Part shown: positions 1 to 10,426 of the stretch, piece by piece | Layout of the letters: every line of letters begins with the position of its first letter | Position numbering within the stretch: position 1 is the first letter of the stretch | Source of the DNA: Candidatus Latescibacterota bacterium | Lineage (GTDB): Bacteria; Latescibacterota; UBA2968; UBA8231 | Direction of reading: 5' to 3' | Assembly: GCA_965223905.1 (NCBI GenBank) | Contig: CBDCXV010000010.1 | Location: 512,001 to 576,000, forward strand | DNA: 64,000 nucleotides | Translations under genes and position numbers: made by a program | The notes under the pieces: model-generated | The model's database searches: none | Seen by the model: the letters and a program-made list of their open reading frames with translations, nothing else | What the model was told of the DNA's origin: nothing

Positions 1-233
1 GCCTTGTGGAACAGCGTCGGCGTCGCCACCACGATTGCGTCGATCTCCCTGTCGGCGAGCATCTCCCTGTGGTCGCCGTACAGCCTCATGCCGGGAAAGC
101 GCTCCGCGGTCAGGTCGCGCGCCGCTTCGGAGGGGTCGGCGCCGGCCCTCAGGCGGCAGCCGCGAAGCGGCTCGAACGAGGAGATCTGCATGCGCGCCAT
201 GTTGCCGAGGCCGATGAATCCGAGGTTGATCAT
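1..233 (-). CDS. Gfo/Idh/MocA family oxidoreductase (runs off the window edge)
   Basis: Read manually on the - strand from ATG 233 with an upstream GGAGG: MINLGFIGLGNMARMQ...EIDAIVVATPTLFH (Rossmann GxGxxA and the typical DAVxVATP motif). Confidence 0.85.
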   Translation of the reverse strand, partial: MINLGFIGLGNMARMQISSFEPLRGCRLRAGADPSEAARDLTAERFPGMRLYGDHREMLADREIDAIVVATPTLFHK

Positions 234-237
234 GGTC

Positions 238-1641
238 CTATTCCCTCCAGGCTGATTTCAGTTCCCACACGATCAGCTCGTCAAAGCGGACGGTGCCGCC
301 GACGGCGTAGAACTCGAGCGCGCAGTCGCGCGGTCCGGGGAGGTAACAGAACGAAGCCGAGACCGCGCCGCCGTTGGCGAACAGCTCCAGCGAGGTCCTG
401 TCGACGAGCAGCCGCAGGTCGAGCCTGCCCTCCGGGCCGGTGGGCGCGGCCACCTCGTGGTCGAGAAAGCGGAAGGTCCCGGCGGCGGCGTAGTGCAGCT
501 CCTGCCCGTGGATCCGGACCCCGAAACCGGCCGCGTCGCCCGGGGCGATGGTGGCGCGGATGTCGAACAGATCACCGCGGGTGCCGGGAATCAGATTGTC
601 GTGGGCATCGGCCATGCGCTCCCTCCAGGCCGGACCGTAGCGCGCGAACAGGGCCCGGCGGTCCATCCCCGGCCTCAGGTCGAGAGCGCGCCACTCCAGT
701 CTGCGTTCGTAAAGCAGCTCGATCTCCCTGACGGGCTCGCGAAACAGACGGATGCCGGCCGCCGTCGTGCGCAGGGTCAGCTCCACCGGGAACGACTGCT
801 GCTGGTTGAACGGCATTCCCGGGTAGCGGCCTCCCCTCATCCAGGAGAGCTGGATCCTGCGCCCGTCTTCGGGCGGCAGGTCGCTGAAGGTTTGCGCGGC
901 GTAGCCGTTGGGCCCGGCCTCACACACCAGCGGCGAGGTTTCGGGAACAAACCGGGTGCCGTCGAATCTCCCGATCAGGTACACCCCGGCGGCTCCCCAG
1001 AAGACCCAGCGCCTGTTTCCGGGATCGCCGTCGACGGGCAACTCGAACAGATCGGGACATTCGCCGGTCCCTGCGACCTGCAGTTCGGAGAGGAGCTCCC
1101 ACTGTTTCAGGTCGGGGGATCCGTAGAGGGCAAAGTCGATCCCGTCGAGGTAGAGGGCCATGATCCATCGCCGCGTCGGCTCGTGCCAGACGACCTTGGG
1201 GTCGCGGTTGCGGGCGCGAACGTGGCCGAGCACCGGGTTGCCTTCGTACCGGGTAAAGGTGCGCCCGCGGTCGTTGCTGCAGGCGATCGCCTGCACGCAG
1301 GGATTCGCCGGATCGCCAAAGCCCCCGGTGGTGTAGGCGGCGATGAGGGTGTCCTCGCTCCCCCGCTTCAGGCCGGCGGTGTTGTTCCAGTCGACCAGCC
1401 CCGAACCGGACCAGACGAATCCGTACTCGTCCGGGGCGATCGCCTCCTCCAGCTGCTCCCAGTGCACGAGGTCGGGGCTGACGGCGTGTCCCCACGAGTT
1501 GGGGGCGTGGTAGACGAAGCCGGGGCTGTGCTGGAAGAAGAGGTGATACTCCCCCTTGTAGTAGACGAGCCCGTTGGGGTCGTTCATCCAGTGCGCCCGC
1601 GGAGTGAAGTGAAACTGCGGCCGGTGCAGTTCGCCGTACAT
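238..1641 (-). CDS. Glycoside hydrolase family 32 (levanase/beta-fructofuranosidase)
   Basis: HRPQFHF, WMNDPNG, WSGS, RDPKV and ECPD motifs plus C-terminal LVDRTSLELF. Start moved to MYGELHRP. Confidence 0.92.
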   Translation of the reverse strand: MYGELHRPQFHFTPRAHWMNDPNGLVYYKGEYHLFFQHSPGFVYHAPNSWGHAVSPDLVHWEQLEEAIAPDEYGFVWSGSGLVDWNNTAGLKRGSEDTLIAAYTTGGFGDPANPCVQAIACSNDRGRTFTRYEGNPVLGHVRARNRDPKVVWHEPTRRWIMALYLDGIDFALYGSPDLKQWELLSELQVAGTGECPDLFELPVDGDPGNRRWVFWGAAGVYLIGRFDGTRFVPETSPLVCEAGPNGYAAQTFSDLPPEDGRRIQLSWMRGGRYPGMPFNQQQSFPVELTLRTTAAGIRLFREPVREIELLYERRLEWRALDLRPGMDRRALFARYGPAWRERMADAHDNLIPGTRGDLFDIRATIAPGDAAGFGVRIHGQELHYAAAGTFRFLDHEVAAPTGPEGRLDLRLLVDRTSLELFANGGAVSASFCYLPGPRDCALEFYAVGGTVRFDELIVWELKSAWRE

Positions 1642-1915
1642 CGGTCCTTTCCGGTCCGAAGTGTAAGGGGAAACCGCCAAGGTAGCAGCGGCCGCCGCGA
1701 AGGTCCAGCAAGGCGGGGGGCCATCTCCCGCTTTCCGTTTTTCCGGGCGGATCCCTGCCGGCAGCGACCGTTCCATCGTTCGCGCGCCCGCCCGGAAAGG
1801 TCTGCAGTTGCTGCCGGCAGCGCCTTCCCCCGGCGCGGCTGAAGGCGGGGGAGAACCTTCTTCCGCGGCCCCCGGCCGCTTGGCGAGCCGCCCTGCGCCG
1901 GGACCGCGCGCTATC

Positions 1916-2305
1916 TCAGTCCAGCTCGAACAACGGCACGTACCCCATCTCCCCCACCACCTGCTGTCCCCCCGGACCCAGCACCCAGTCGATGAACTGC
2001 TTCAGGCTCCCCTGCGGAGGCCGCACCGTGTAGAGCCGCAGGTAGCGGGAGATCGGGTACTCCCCGCCGCGCACGTTCTCCTCGGTCGGGGCCACCCCGT
2101 CGATCTCGCAGTGAAGGAGTCCGGGGCCGTAGGCCATGCCGCCGTAGCCGATCGCGGCCGGGTCCCCGGCGACCGCCTGGACGATGGCCCGTGTCGTCGG
2201 CAACCTCCTGGCGGCTGGCACATGCGGCCTCCCGGCCAGGACGTGCTCCTCGAAGAAGAAGGAAGTGCCCGAGTTAGCACTTCTGCCCCGCACGGCGATC
2301 GCGGC
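1916..2305 (-). pseudogene. pstS: C-terminal half of a PstS-type phosphate-binding protein
   Basis: GRSANSGTSFFFEEHVL...AIGYGG...GEYPISRYLRLY...FIDWVLGPGGQQVV...GYVPL. No N-terminal half or signal peptide is recognisable upstream. Confidence 0.7.
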
Positions 2306-2496
2306 CTCCGGCGAGCAGCGCGCGGAGCCCCTTCCAATCCCGGGCAGGATGTCCGGCGATTTCCGCTGCCATGAGACCGTCACCCGCCCGATCTCCGGCT
2401 CGCGGCCGGAGTCGTCGGCGCAGAGAAAACCGCCGGCCCCTCCTCCCGCAGCACCCCGGCGACCGGCAGCATGTCCGCTGCCGCTGCCACCGCCAG

Positions 2497-3687
2497 TCAC
2501 CCGCTCGATCCCCGGCTCGCCGCCGGTATGGTTGGCGAACCGATGCCGCCCGGTCCCACTGCGGCCCCGGCGGCCCTGCGGCCCCCCAAAACGCAATCCG
2601 CCCCGACCGCTTCGCTCAGGTGGGAGAAGCCGTCCCGCTCGAGGAGCCGGCACAGGCCGCGGTTGATCTCGCGGACGATCCCCGGCCCCCTGAAGACGAG
2701 AGCGGTGTAGAGCTGCAGCAGCGTCGCCCCGAGGCGGATCTTCTCGTACGCGTCCTCCGCGGAGGAGATGCCGCCGCTGCCGACGATGACGTGACGGGAG
2801 TGGTCGAGGTGGGGGTACCAGGCGTGGATCGCCTGGTTGACGAGCTCCCTGACGGGCGGCCCGCACAGCGTTCCCGGCATGCGCGCCAGCTCCGAGGCGG
2901 GGGTCTTCAGCCCCTGCGGGGGAATCCCCGGGGGCAGGTTGAAGACGATTCCCTTGACGAACGGGAAGCCGTCGATCGCCTCCAGCACCCCGTCCCGGCG
3001 ACCCGGGTCGGCGCTGGCGGTCAGCTTGAGGAACACCGGGGGCAGGCCGGGGATGCCGGCGAGGGAGCCCAGCAGCTCGCGGATCATGGCCGCGTCGTCG
3101 AACGGGCTCCGGCCGCCGCCGGTGTTGGGGCAGTTGAGATTCAGCGCGAGGTAGTCGGCGATGCCGGCGAACGCCTGCGCCGCCTCGCTCAGCTCGGCCG
3201 TCACCTCGCCGGCAGGGACCGGGACCCCGGTGTTGGTCTCGACGAGGTTGACCCCGAGGGGCACGTCCACCCGGGAGCGCTCCAGCCGTCGCGCCACCAC
3301 CTCGGCGCCGTCGTTCGGCACCCCGTAGTAGACGACGATAGCCTCGTCCGCGGGCAGGCGGAACAGCCGCGGCCGTTCGCGGTTTCCACGGGACCGATGC
3401 GCCGACACCGAGCCGACCTCGAGGCTGCCGAAGCCCAGGGCTTCCAGACCGCGCACCGCCCTGCCGCTCTTGTCGAAGCCGGCGGCGAGGCCGACCGGGT
3501 TGGCGAAGGTCATCCCCGCCACCTGCTGGCGCAGGCGGTCGTCCTCGAAGCGAAAGAGCCTGCCGACAGCCGCGGCCCCGAATCCCGTCCTGCCCAGCCC
3601 CGCTCCCAGGGCGATTGCGCCGTTGTGGGCCCGCTCCGGGTCGAGGCGGAACAGCAGGGGACGCACCGCCCGGCGGTAGAGGCTCAT
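2497..3687 (-). CDS. pyrD: Quinone-dependent dihydroorotate dehydrogenase
   Basis: RPLLFRLDPERAH, NPVGLAAGFDK, PRLFRL, LNLNCPNT, GGISSAEDAYEKIRLGATLLQLYTAL. Confidence 0.9.
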   Translation of the reverse strand: MSLYRRAVRPLLFRLDPERAHNGAIALGAGLGRTGFGAAAVGRLFRFEDDRLRQQVAGMTFANPVGLAAGFDKSGRAVRGLEALGFGSLEVGSVSAHRSRGNRERPRLFRLPADEAIVVYYGVPNDGAEVVARRLERSRVDVPLGVNLVETNTGVPVPAGEVTAELSEAAQAFAGIADYLALNLNCPNTGGGRSPFDDAAMIRELLGSLAGIPGLPPVFLKLTASADPGRRDGVLEAIDGFPFVKGIVFNLPPGIPPQGLKTPASELARMPGTLCGPPVRELVNQAIHAWYPHLDHSRHVIVGSGGISSAEDAYEKIRLGATLLQLYTALVFRGPGIVREINRGLCRLLERDGFSHLSEAVGADCVLGGRRAAGAAVGPGGIGSPTIPAASRGSSG

Positions 3688-3789
3688 CCCGGTCCCTCCT
3701 CGCGGTACTGCCGTGTCAGCTCGGTCATGATCACACCCGGCGGCAGGGGGTTATATTGCCAACCCCAACATACACAGGAGCAAGCTGCG

Positions 3790-4971
3790 ATGCGATGGCT
3801 GAACGTGCAGGAGATCTACGCCGACGGCGGCCACAACGCCTGGCCCGACATCTGCCGCTGGAGAGGCCGCTACTACGTCGCCTTCAACTGCGGCGGCAGC
3901 GGCCACGGCGGGGGCCACGGGCTCTGCTTCCTCTCCTCGGCTGACGGCGTCGATTGGGTGCTGGAGCACGCGACCGGCGCCGACGAGTGGGCACCCTCGG
4001 ACGACGCCACCCGCGGCGGCACCTGCCCGAAGCTGCTGCCGACCAAAAAGCGGCTTTACGTGGTCTTCAACTACTACCGCGAGGGAGTCGGCGACGTCGA
4101 CGCCGGGCGCAGGGAAGCGCTGGCCCGCCGCTGGCGCGAGCTCGGCGGTTCGCCGCGGAGCTTCGAGCGCTGGGTGCGGCACCACGAGACCCTGCACCAG
4201 AGCGGCATCGCCTGGAGCGAGGACGGACGCACCTTCTCCGAGCCGCGCCCCCTTCTCGGCCCGGGCTGGCGCGTCTGGCGGCCCCACAGCTTCGCCGGCA
4301 GGCACTACCTTGCCGGGTACTGCTGCCACGGCCAGTCCTGGAGCCTGACACCCGAGCTGGAGCGCATGATTCCGGAGGCGGAGGAGATCGAGATGTTCGA
4401 GAGCGCCTCGCTGTTCGTCTCGGAGGACGGCGAGCACTGGGAGCAAGCAGGAGACATCGAAACCGACGACAACGACGAGCCCGACTTCGATTTCGCCGGG
4501 GACGGCCGCATCCTGCTGGTCAGCCGCACCGGCGCCAGCCTCAAGCGGCCGGCCATGGCCTACAGCAGCGAGCCCCCGTACCGCAAGTGGCGGCGGATCC
4601 CCCTGAGCGAGCCTCTCAACGCCCCTGCGGTGCGCCGCGTACGCGGGCGCTGGATCGTCGCCGGCCGCGGCCTCGTCGAGGGGACCAGCGTGCCGGCGCG
4701 CTTCGCCCCCGGGATCGAGAGCGATGCGTACTGCGCCACGCGCATCTGGCTTCTCGACGAGGAGACCGGCGAGCTGACGGCGGAAACGACGCTGCCGAGC
4801 TGGGGGGACGGGTCGTACCCAGGTATAGAGGTCACCGAAGAGGGGGAGCTTTTCGTCGTCTACTACAGCTGCTCGGAGAGCACGGACGACAAGCTGCGCA
4901 CGGGACCGGGGCCGCTTCCGGGCAAGACCGCGCCCTGCTCGATCTACCTGGCCCGGGTGACTCTGGAGTAG
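3790..4971 (+). CDS. Sialidase-like (BNR/Asp-box) beta-propeller protein
   Basis: Starts MRWLNVQEIY after an AGGAG RBS. HNAWPD, Asp-boxes SADGVDW, SEDGRTF and SEDGEHW, and GDGSYPG near the C-terminus. Confidence 0.7.
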   Translation: MRWLNVQEIYADGGHNAWPDICRWRGRYYVAFNCGGSGHGGGHGLCFLSSADGVDWVLEHATGADEWAPSDDATRGGTCPKLLPTKKRLYVVFNYYREGVGDVDAGRREALARRWRELGGSPRSFERWVRHHETLHQSGIAWSEDGRTFSEPRPLLGPGWRVWRPHSFAGRHYLAGYCCHGQSWSLTPELERMIPEAEEIEMFESASLFVSEDGEHWEQAGDIETDDNDEPDFDFAGDGRILLVSRTGASLKRPAMAYSSEPPYRKWRRIPLSEPLNAPAVRRVRGRWIVAGRGLVEGTSVPARFAPGIESDAYCATRIWLLDEETGELTAETTLPSWGDGSYPGIEVTEEGELFVVYYSCSESTDDKLRTGPGPLPGKTAPCSIYLARVTLE

Positions 4972-5014
4972 GGAAGGCAGCAGAGCGCAAGGGGACCCGC
5001 CGCGGTCAGACGCT

Positions 5015-7554
5015 CTACTCCCTCGTCCCGGCCAGCGGCAGGCCGGCGCGCTCCGCGGTCGCCATGGTGAGGGCGCGCAGGTCTTCCGGCTCGATGTTGT
5101 GGAGGTCGGTCTTGCCGGTGCAGCGCGCCATCATCGAGGCCTCCCCGGTGTTCGCCTTGATCAGGTTGGCCACCGCCTCGGCACGCTCCGCGGCCCCGAG
5201 GCCGGCCTCGAAAACCAGCGACTCACCGGCGATCCGGCCTCCCGCGGCGATCCCGGCGGCGACCCCGAGGACCATGGCGACCGCCCCCAGGCCGACGAGC
5301 TTGGCGGCGTCGGTTCCGGAGCGCACCCCCCCGAACCAGACGAGGTCGACCTCCTCCTCGCGGTCGAGGCGCCTGAGGATGGCGACGGCGTCGCGCAGCA
5401 GGCCGAGGTCGGGGGCGGCCCGCAGCTCTGGCCAGCCGCTGCCGGCGATCCCTCCGGTGCCGTCGAGCACCAGCAGGTCGAGCCCGCTCTCGAGGGCATG
5501 GGCGAGCGCCGGTTCGAGGTCCCCTGCCGACGACACCGCGAACCCGAGCAGCTGACGGTCGTCGACCCGCTCCAGGCGGGTGGGTGGCGGCCGATCGGCG
5601 GCGAACGGCTGTACGAAGCCCGCGGCCCCGGCGTCCGCCCCATCCCCTCCCCCAGCCAGGAGTTGGAGCCACGGGACCTCCTCCTCCCCCGGCAGCTTGC
5701 CGCGCCCCGAGGTAAGACGCCCCTGGCCTCGCTCAGCCCCCGGGCCACCGCGGCCCGCACCTCGCGCGGCGACTCGTCGAACCCGGTGACGAGGAAGGGG
5801 TGCGCCAGCGCCAGGCGGCCGCCGAGATCGAAGTCGACGCGGCAGGCCTCGCGGTAGGGATCGATGACCAGCCGCGACAGGTTGGCCGGCAGGAAGACGA
5901 TGTCGTCGAGCTGCGCGGGGCGCTCTTCGGGAAAGGGGTTGTCGCGCGGCTCGAGGCGGCGCTGCAGCATGGCCCGGCGCTTGTCGTGCTCGTCGGGGCC
6001 GATGCGGGCCATCGAGAACAGGTCTTCGCGGTGCTGGACGGAGTAATCGGGGGTTCCGGTCTCGGCGTCGCAGCGGTAGCAGCGCGCCGCTTCCTTCCTG
6101 GCGGTGTCGTCGTCGTAGGTCGCCTCGATCTCGGGGAACTCGACCGGCACAGCGCCCAGCCCGAAGAACTCGGGGTGCTGCAGCTTGACGCGTTCCCACA
6201 TCATGTCCTGGGCCACGTCGACGCGCCGCGTCCGGTAGGGGGTGCGGTAGGGCATCGGGTCGCCGTTCCCCTCGAGGAACTGCTCGATGTAGTAGGCGGC
6301 GCGCTGGCCGTGGTGCATGGCCATGACGATGGTCGAGCCCCCGAAGGCGCCGTCCCCGGCGGCGAAGACCTTGGGATCGTCGGTGCGCATGGTCTCCCAG
6401 CGGGTGCGCACCCGGTCGGGCAGCATCATGCCGATGCGGTCGAGCTCCGCGCACACCCCTTTTTGTCCCACCGCGGCGATCACCATGCCGCACTCGATCT
6501 CGTGCTCGCTTCCCGGCACCGCGACCGGGCTGCGGCGGCCGCTCTCGTCCGGCTCCCCCGCCTCGGTCTTCACGCACCGCAGCCTCAGCCCCTCCCCGTC
6601 TCCGGCGACGGAGACCTGCTGCGTGTTGTAGACGAACTCGATCCCCTCGGCGACCGCCCCCTCGAGCTCGATCCGGCGCGCCGGGATCTCCTCGGGTCCG
6701 CGGCGGTAGATCACCGTCACATGCTCGCAGCCGGGCAGCCGCCTGGCGACGCGGCAGGCGTCCATGGCGACGTCCCCGCCGCCGACGACGACCACCTTTT
6801 CCGGAAGCTGCGGCCGCTCGCCGGTGTTGACGCGGCGCAGGAAACCGACCCCGTCGACCACCAGCGGGTGCTCTTCCCCCGGGATCTCCATCGGCTTGCC
6901 CCACCAGGAGCCGATCGCCAGCAGCACGGCGTCGTGCCTCTCCTTGAGCTCCTCGAGGTGGACCTGCTTTCCCAGCTCGGTGTCGAGATGGACGTGGAGC
7001 CCCGGGCACTTGCCGGTGAGGCGGTCGATGTCCTCGTCGATGATCCCCGGCGGCAGCCGGAACGCCGGAATGCCCCAGGCCATCATGCCGCCGAGGCGGT
7101 CGCTCATCTCGTAGACGTGGACGGTGTAGCCGGCGACGCACAGGTCGTGGGCCGCGGTCAGCCCGGCCGGTCCGGAGCCGACGATGCCGACGCTCTCCTT
7201 CTTCGTCACCGGCACCGGCGGCGGGTCGTACCTGTGCCCCACCTTGTCCATGACGAAGCGCTTGAGGTTGCGGATCTGCAGCGGCCCGTCGCTGTCGGTG
7301 CGCCGGCAGGCCGGCTCGCACGGGGCGTCGCAGACGCGCCCGCAGATCGAGCTGAACGGGTTGGTGGCGGTGATCGCCTCGAACGCCTCGGCGTACTTCT
7401 CCTCCCAGATGAGGGCGATGTAGGAGGGGGCGTCGGTCCCCACCGGGCAGGCGACCTGGCAGGGGGCGGGCACGAAATGGGTCCCCCCGCTGTCGTCGGC
7501 GAACCCCTTCGGGGTCTGCGGCATCTCGATGCGGTGGAGGTCGTAGACGCTCAC
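5015..7554 (-). CDS. GltD-like Fe-S/FAD/NAD(P)H oxidoreductase fused to a degenerate glutamate-synthase FMN domain (frameshift near 5705-5715)
   Basis: APCQVACP, ICGRVCDAPCEPAC, GSGPAG, GGGDVAMD, EAARCYRC. The C-terminal part continues in the other frame (LLVLDG...WFGGVRSGTDAAKLVGLGA...ARCTGKTDLHNIEPEDL). Confidence 0.8.
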
Positions 7555-9506
7555 GGCAGGCTGCCTCCTGCAAGCACTTCCTCTGCGGGCCGCGGTTGGT
7601 ACGGCAGTCCGGTGATCGCCGCCGCGTCCGGGGTCAGGGCGACGAGGTCGCCGCGGCCGAGGTCGCGGGTGTCGGCGTATCCGAGGGCGCTGGTGAGGGA
7701 AGCGATCTGCCAGCGCACGAACTCGAGGAAGCGGTGGATGTTGAGGGCCTCGACGTCAACCTGGTAGCGCTCCTCGTGCTCGGGGTCCTGGGTGGCGATG
7801 CCGGTGACGCACTGGCCGACGTGGCACTGCATGCAGGCGATGCAGCCCCCGGCGATCAGGACCGAGGTGCCGAACGCCGCGGCGTCCGCTCCCAGGCAGA
7901 GCGCCTTGACGGCGTCGACGCCGTCGCGCAGGCCGCCCATGAGCACGATCTGTATGTCCTGGCGGCGGTCGATCTCCGCCAGCGCCTCCTCGGCCTCGAC
8001 GATGGCGGACAGGGTCGGGATGCCGACGTGGTCGATGACCTCGCCGCTGCCGGCGCCGGTGGCCCCCTGCATGCCGTCGAGCTCGACGAAGTCGAAGCCG
8101 TCCTTGACGGCGATCTTGATGTCGTCGCGCACCCTGCCCGCCCCGAGCTTGACGCTCACCGGCAGGCGGTAGCCGGTGGCCTCGCGGAACTCCTCGATCT
8201 TGATGACGAGGTCGTCGGCCCCGAGGATGTCGGGGTGGCGGGACGGCGAGCGCAGGTCGATGCCGGCGGGGATGCCCCGGATCGCGGCCAGCTCCGGGGT
8301 CACCTTCTTGGCCATGAGCTGGCCGCCGAGCCCGGGCTTGGCCCCCTGCGAGATGTAGATCTCCAGGCCGTCGGCCCGCTTCATGTCGTGGATGTTCCAG
8401 CCGAGGCGCCCGCCGAGGCACTGGAAGATCAGCTGCTTGGCCGAGTCCCGCTGGGCGTCGCTCATCCCCCCTTCGCCGGTGTTCTCGGCGATGTCCGACA
8501 TCCCCGAGGCGATGGCGACGGCCTGCTTGGTCGAGCGGCTGAGGGCGCCGTAGCTCATCGGCGCGACCATCACCGGCATGCTCAGCTCGAGGGGCTCGGC
8601 GCCGTTGATCCCGCCGATCTCGGTGCGCATGCGCACCTTGGAGACGGCGCCGGGATCGCCGCCGGCCTGCGACAGGTCGGCGCGGAAGCCCAGGTCGGCC
8701 AGGTGCGGCAGGGGCCGCGCCGCGCCGTACCCGCGAATGCGGTAGCGCCCGATCTGCGCCTTGACGTCGATGTCCTCCTGGACCTTCTCGTTCCAGTACT
8801 GCGAGTCGCCGGAGTAGGTGAAGAAGGGCAGGCTGCGCACCGTCGGCTCCGCGGTCCCGTAGCGCAGCTTGCCGCCGGCGTTGACGATCTTGCTGAAGCC
8901 GCCGCGGAAGGGGATTTCGTAGCGGTCGAGGAACTCGCGGACCTCGTCGATCTCGGCGCTGCCGGCGTCGGTCAGGGCGGCGTCGCTGCCGAGATCCCGC
9001 ACCCTGCCGCCGACGAAGATCTCGCCCCCGGTCATGTCCTCGCCGACGCGCTCGCCGGAGTCGCCGAGGATTATGATGCGGCCCCCGTACATCATGTACC
9101 CTGCCATGAAGTTGGCGTTGCCGGCGCAGCACAGGGTGCCGGCCTTCATCACCTGGCCGGCGCGCGAGCCGACGTTGCCGTGCACCACCAGCTCGGCGCC
9201 GCGAATGGCGACCCCGGCTATGGCCCCGGCGTTTCCCCTGACCACCACCGAGCCGCTGTACATGTTGTCCCCCAGGCCCCAGCCGGCGTTGTTGTCGACC
9301 TCGAAACAGGCGCGGTCGGTGAGGCCGGCGCAGAAGTACCCCGCGGAGCCGCGCACGCGCACCCGGATCGGCGCGGTCAGCCCGACGCCGATGTGGTGGC
9401 GGGCGTCCGGGTTGAGGACCTCGACGTCCTCTCCCGCCTCGCCGTGCTCGCGGATCAGCTCGTTGGCGCGGCGGACAGGGATCTCGGCGAGATCTACCTG
9501 GACCAT
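7551..9506 (-). CDS. Fused GlxC (GXGXG) and GlxD (FMN glutamate synthase) protein; N-methylglutamate synthase MgsB+MgsC-like
   Basis: N-terminal GXGXG beta-helix repeats; MSYGALS, NTGEGG, SQGAKPGLGG, DLRSPSRHPDI, and the [3Fe-4S] motif CIACMQCHVGQCVTGIATQ. Confidence 0.88.
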   Translation of the reverse strand: MVQVDLAEIPVRRANELIREHGEAGEDVEVLNPDARHHIGVGLTAPIRVRVRGSAGYFCAGLTDRACFEVDNNAGWGLGDNMYSGSVVVRGNAGAIAGVAIRGAELVVHGNVGSRAGQVMKAGTLCCAGNANFMAGYMMYGGRIIILGDSGERVGEDMTGGEIFVGGRVRDLGSDAALTDAGSAEIDEVREFLDRYEIPFRGGFSKIVNAGGKLRYGTAEPTVRSLPFFTYSGDSQYWNEKVQEDIDVKAQIGRYRIRGYGAARPLPHLADLGFRADLSQAGGDPGAVSKVRMRTEIGGINGAEPLELSMPVMVAPMSYGALSRSTKQAVAIASGMSDIAENTGEGGMSDAQRDSAKQLIFQCLGGRLGWNIHDMKRADGLEIYISQGAKPGLGGQLMAKKVTPELAAIRGIPAGIDLRSPSRHPDILGADDLVIKIEEFREATGYRLPVSVKLGAGRVRDDIKIAVKDGFDFVELDGMQGATGAGSGEVIDHVGIPTLSAIVEAEEALAEIDRRQDIQIVLMGGLRDGVDAVKALCLGADAAAFGTSVLIAGGCIACMQCHVGQCVTGIATQDPEHEERYQVDVEALNIHRFLEFVRWQIASLTSALGYADTRDLGRGDLVALTPDAAAITGLPYQPRPAEEVLAGGSLP

Positions 9507-10393
9507 GTGTCGAAATCTCCCGGCGGGGGCTCGCGCGTGTCGAGGGCCTGCCCGGGGAACAGGCGGTTGAGCGACACCTCCTCGGAGGCGACGGCGATGA
9601 GGTCGTCGTTCTCGTACAGGATCATCGGCTTGGCGGCGAGCCGGTCCTTGGCGTAGCCGATCTCGTCCCGGGTCGACACCAGGAAGGAGAAGGTGCCGTC
9701 GAGGTCGTCGATCGAGTCGGCGAGGGCCTGCTTGAGGGCGATCCCCTGCGACAGCTTGTCGGCGAGGTACACGGCGATCAGCTCGCTGTCGTTGTCGGTG
9801 GTGAACTCGAAGCCGCGGCGCTCGAGGCGGCGGCGCATCTTCCAGTAGTTGGTGATCTGGCCGTTGTGGACGATGGCGACGTCGGCGAACCCGGTGGCCC
9901 AGAACGGGTGCGACGCCTCCGGTTTGACGTCGGACTCGGTGGCGAGGCGGACGTGGCCGAGACCGTGGCTGCCGGTGAAGCTGTCGACGCCGTAGCGCTC
10001 GTCGACGTCGTGCGCCCCGCCGACGTCCTTGATGATCTCGAGGCTGGAGCCGATGGAGACCACCTTGGCGGCATGCTCGACGGCGTAGGAGAACTTCTGC
10101 ACGTCGCCGTCGAACTCGACGGTCACCCTGTAGTTGATTCCCGTCCTCTCTTCGTCCACGATGGCGGCCCCCTGCCCGGCGACCGCCTCCCCGATGCGGG
10201 CGATCGCCGCTTCCGCCTCCTCACCCTCGCCGACGAAGAAGCGCAGCCGCAGCCGCCCCTCCTCCTCCCGGGTGTAGAGGGCGAACCCGGTGGAGTCGGG
10301 ACCGCGGTGCTGGCAGCCGTCGAGCATGTCGATCAGGGCCCGCCCCGTGCCCAGCAGCCTCCCTTTGTACATGATTCCGGCGATTCCACACAT
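9494..10393 (-). CDS. Class II glutamine amidotransferase, GlxB/MgsA-like
   Basis: MCGIAG (catalytic Cys2), HRGPDS, GHVRLATES, HPF, VHNGQITN, DSE. Overlaps the start of the glxCD gene. Confidence 0.9.
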   Translation of the reverse strand: MCGIAGIMYKGRLLGTGRALIDMLDGCQHRGPDSTGFALYTREEEGRLRLRFFVGEGEEAEAAIARIGEAVAGQGAAIVDEERTGINYRVTVEFDGDVQKFSYAVEHAAKVVSIGSSLEIIKDVGGAHDVDERYGVDSFTGSHGLGHVRLATESDVKPEASHPFWATGFADVAIVHNGQITNYWKMRRRLERRGFEFTTDNDSELIAVYLADKLSQGIALKQALADSIDDLDGTFSFLVSTRDEIGYAKDRLAAKPMILYENDDLIAVASEEVSLNRLFPGQALDTREPPPGDFDTWSR

Positions 10394-10426
10394 GCGCTTT
10401 TTCTCCTTTGCTGCCGGCCTAGGCGC

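Noticed and set aside
2380-2527. Imperfect ~31-bp direct repeat (2380 and 2496) between the pstS remnant and pyrD
   Set aside because: Only two degenerate GC-rich copies; possibly a scar but not interpretable.
2371-4971. 866-aa ORF as one protein
   Set aside because: The first ~470 aa are the antisense shadow of pyrD; the real start is ATG 3790 with an RBS.
5700-5720. Programmed frameshifting in the GltD-like, fucosidase, vapC or WD40 genes
   Set aside because: Indels occur throughout unrelated genes, often at homopolymers, with no consistent slippery motif; sequencing error or decay is simpler.
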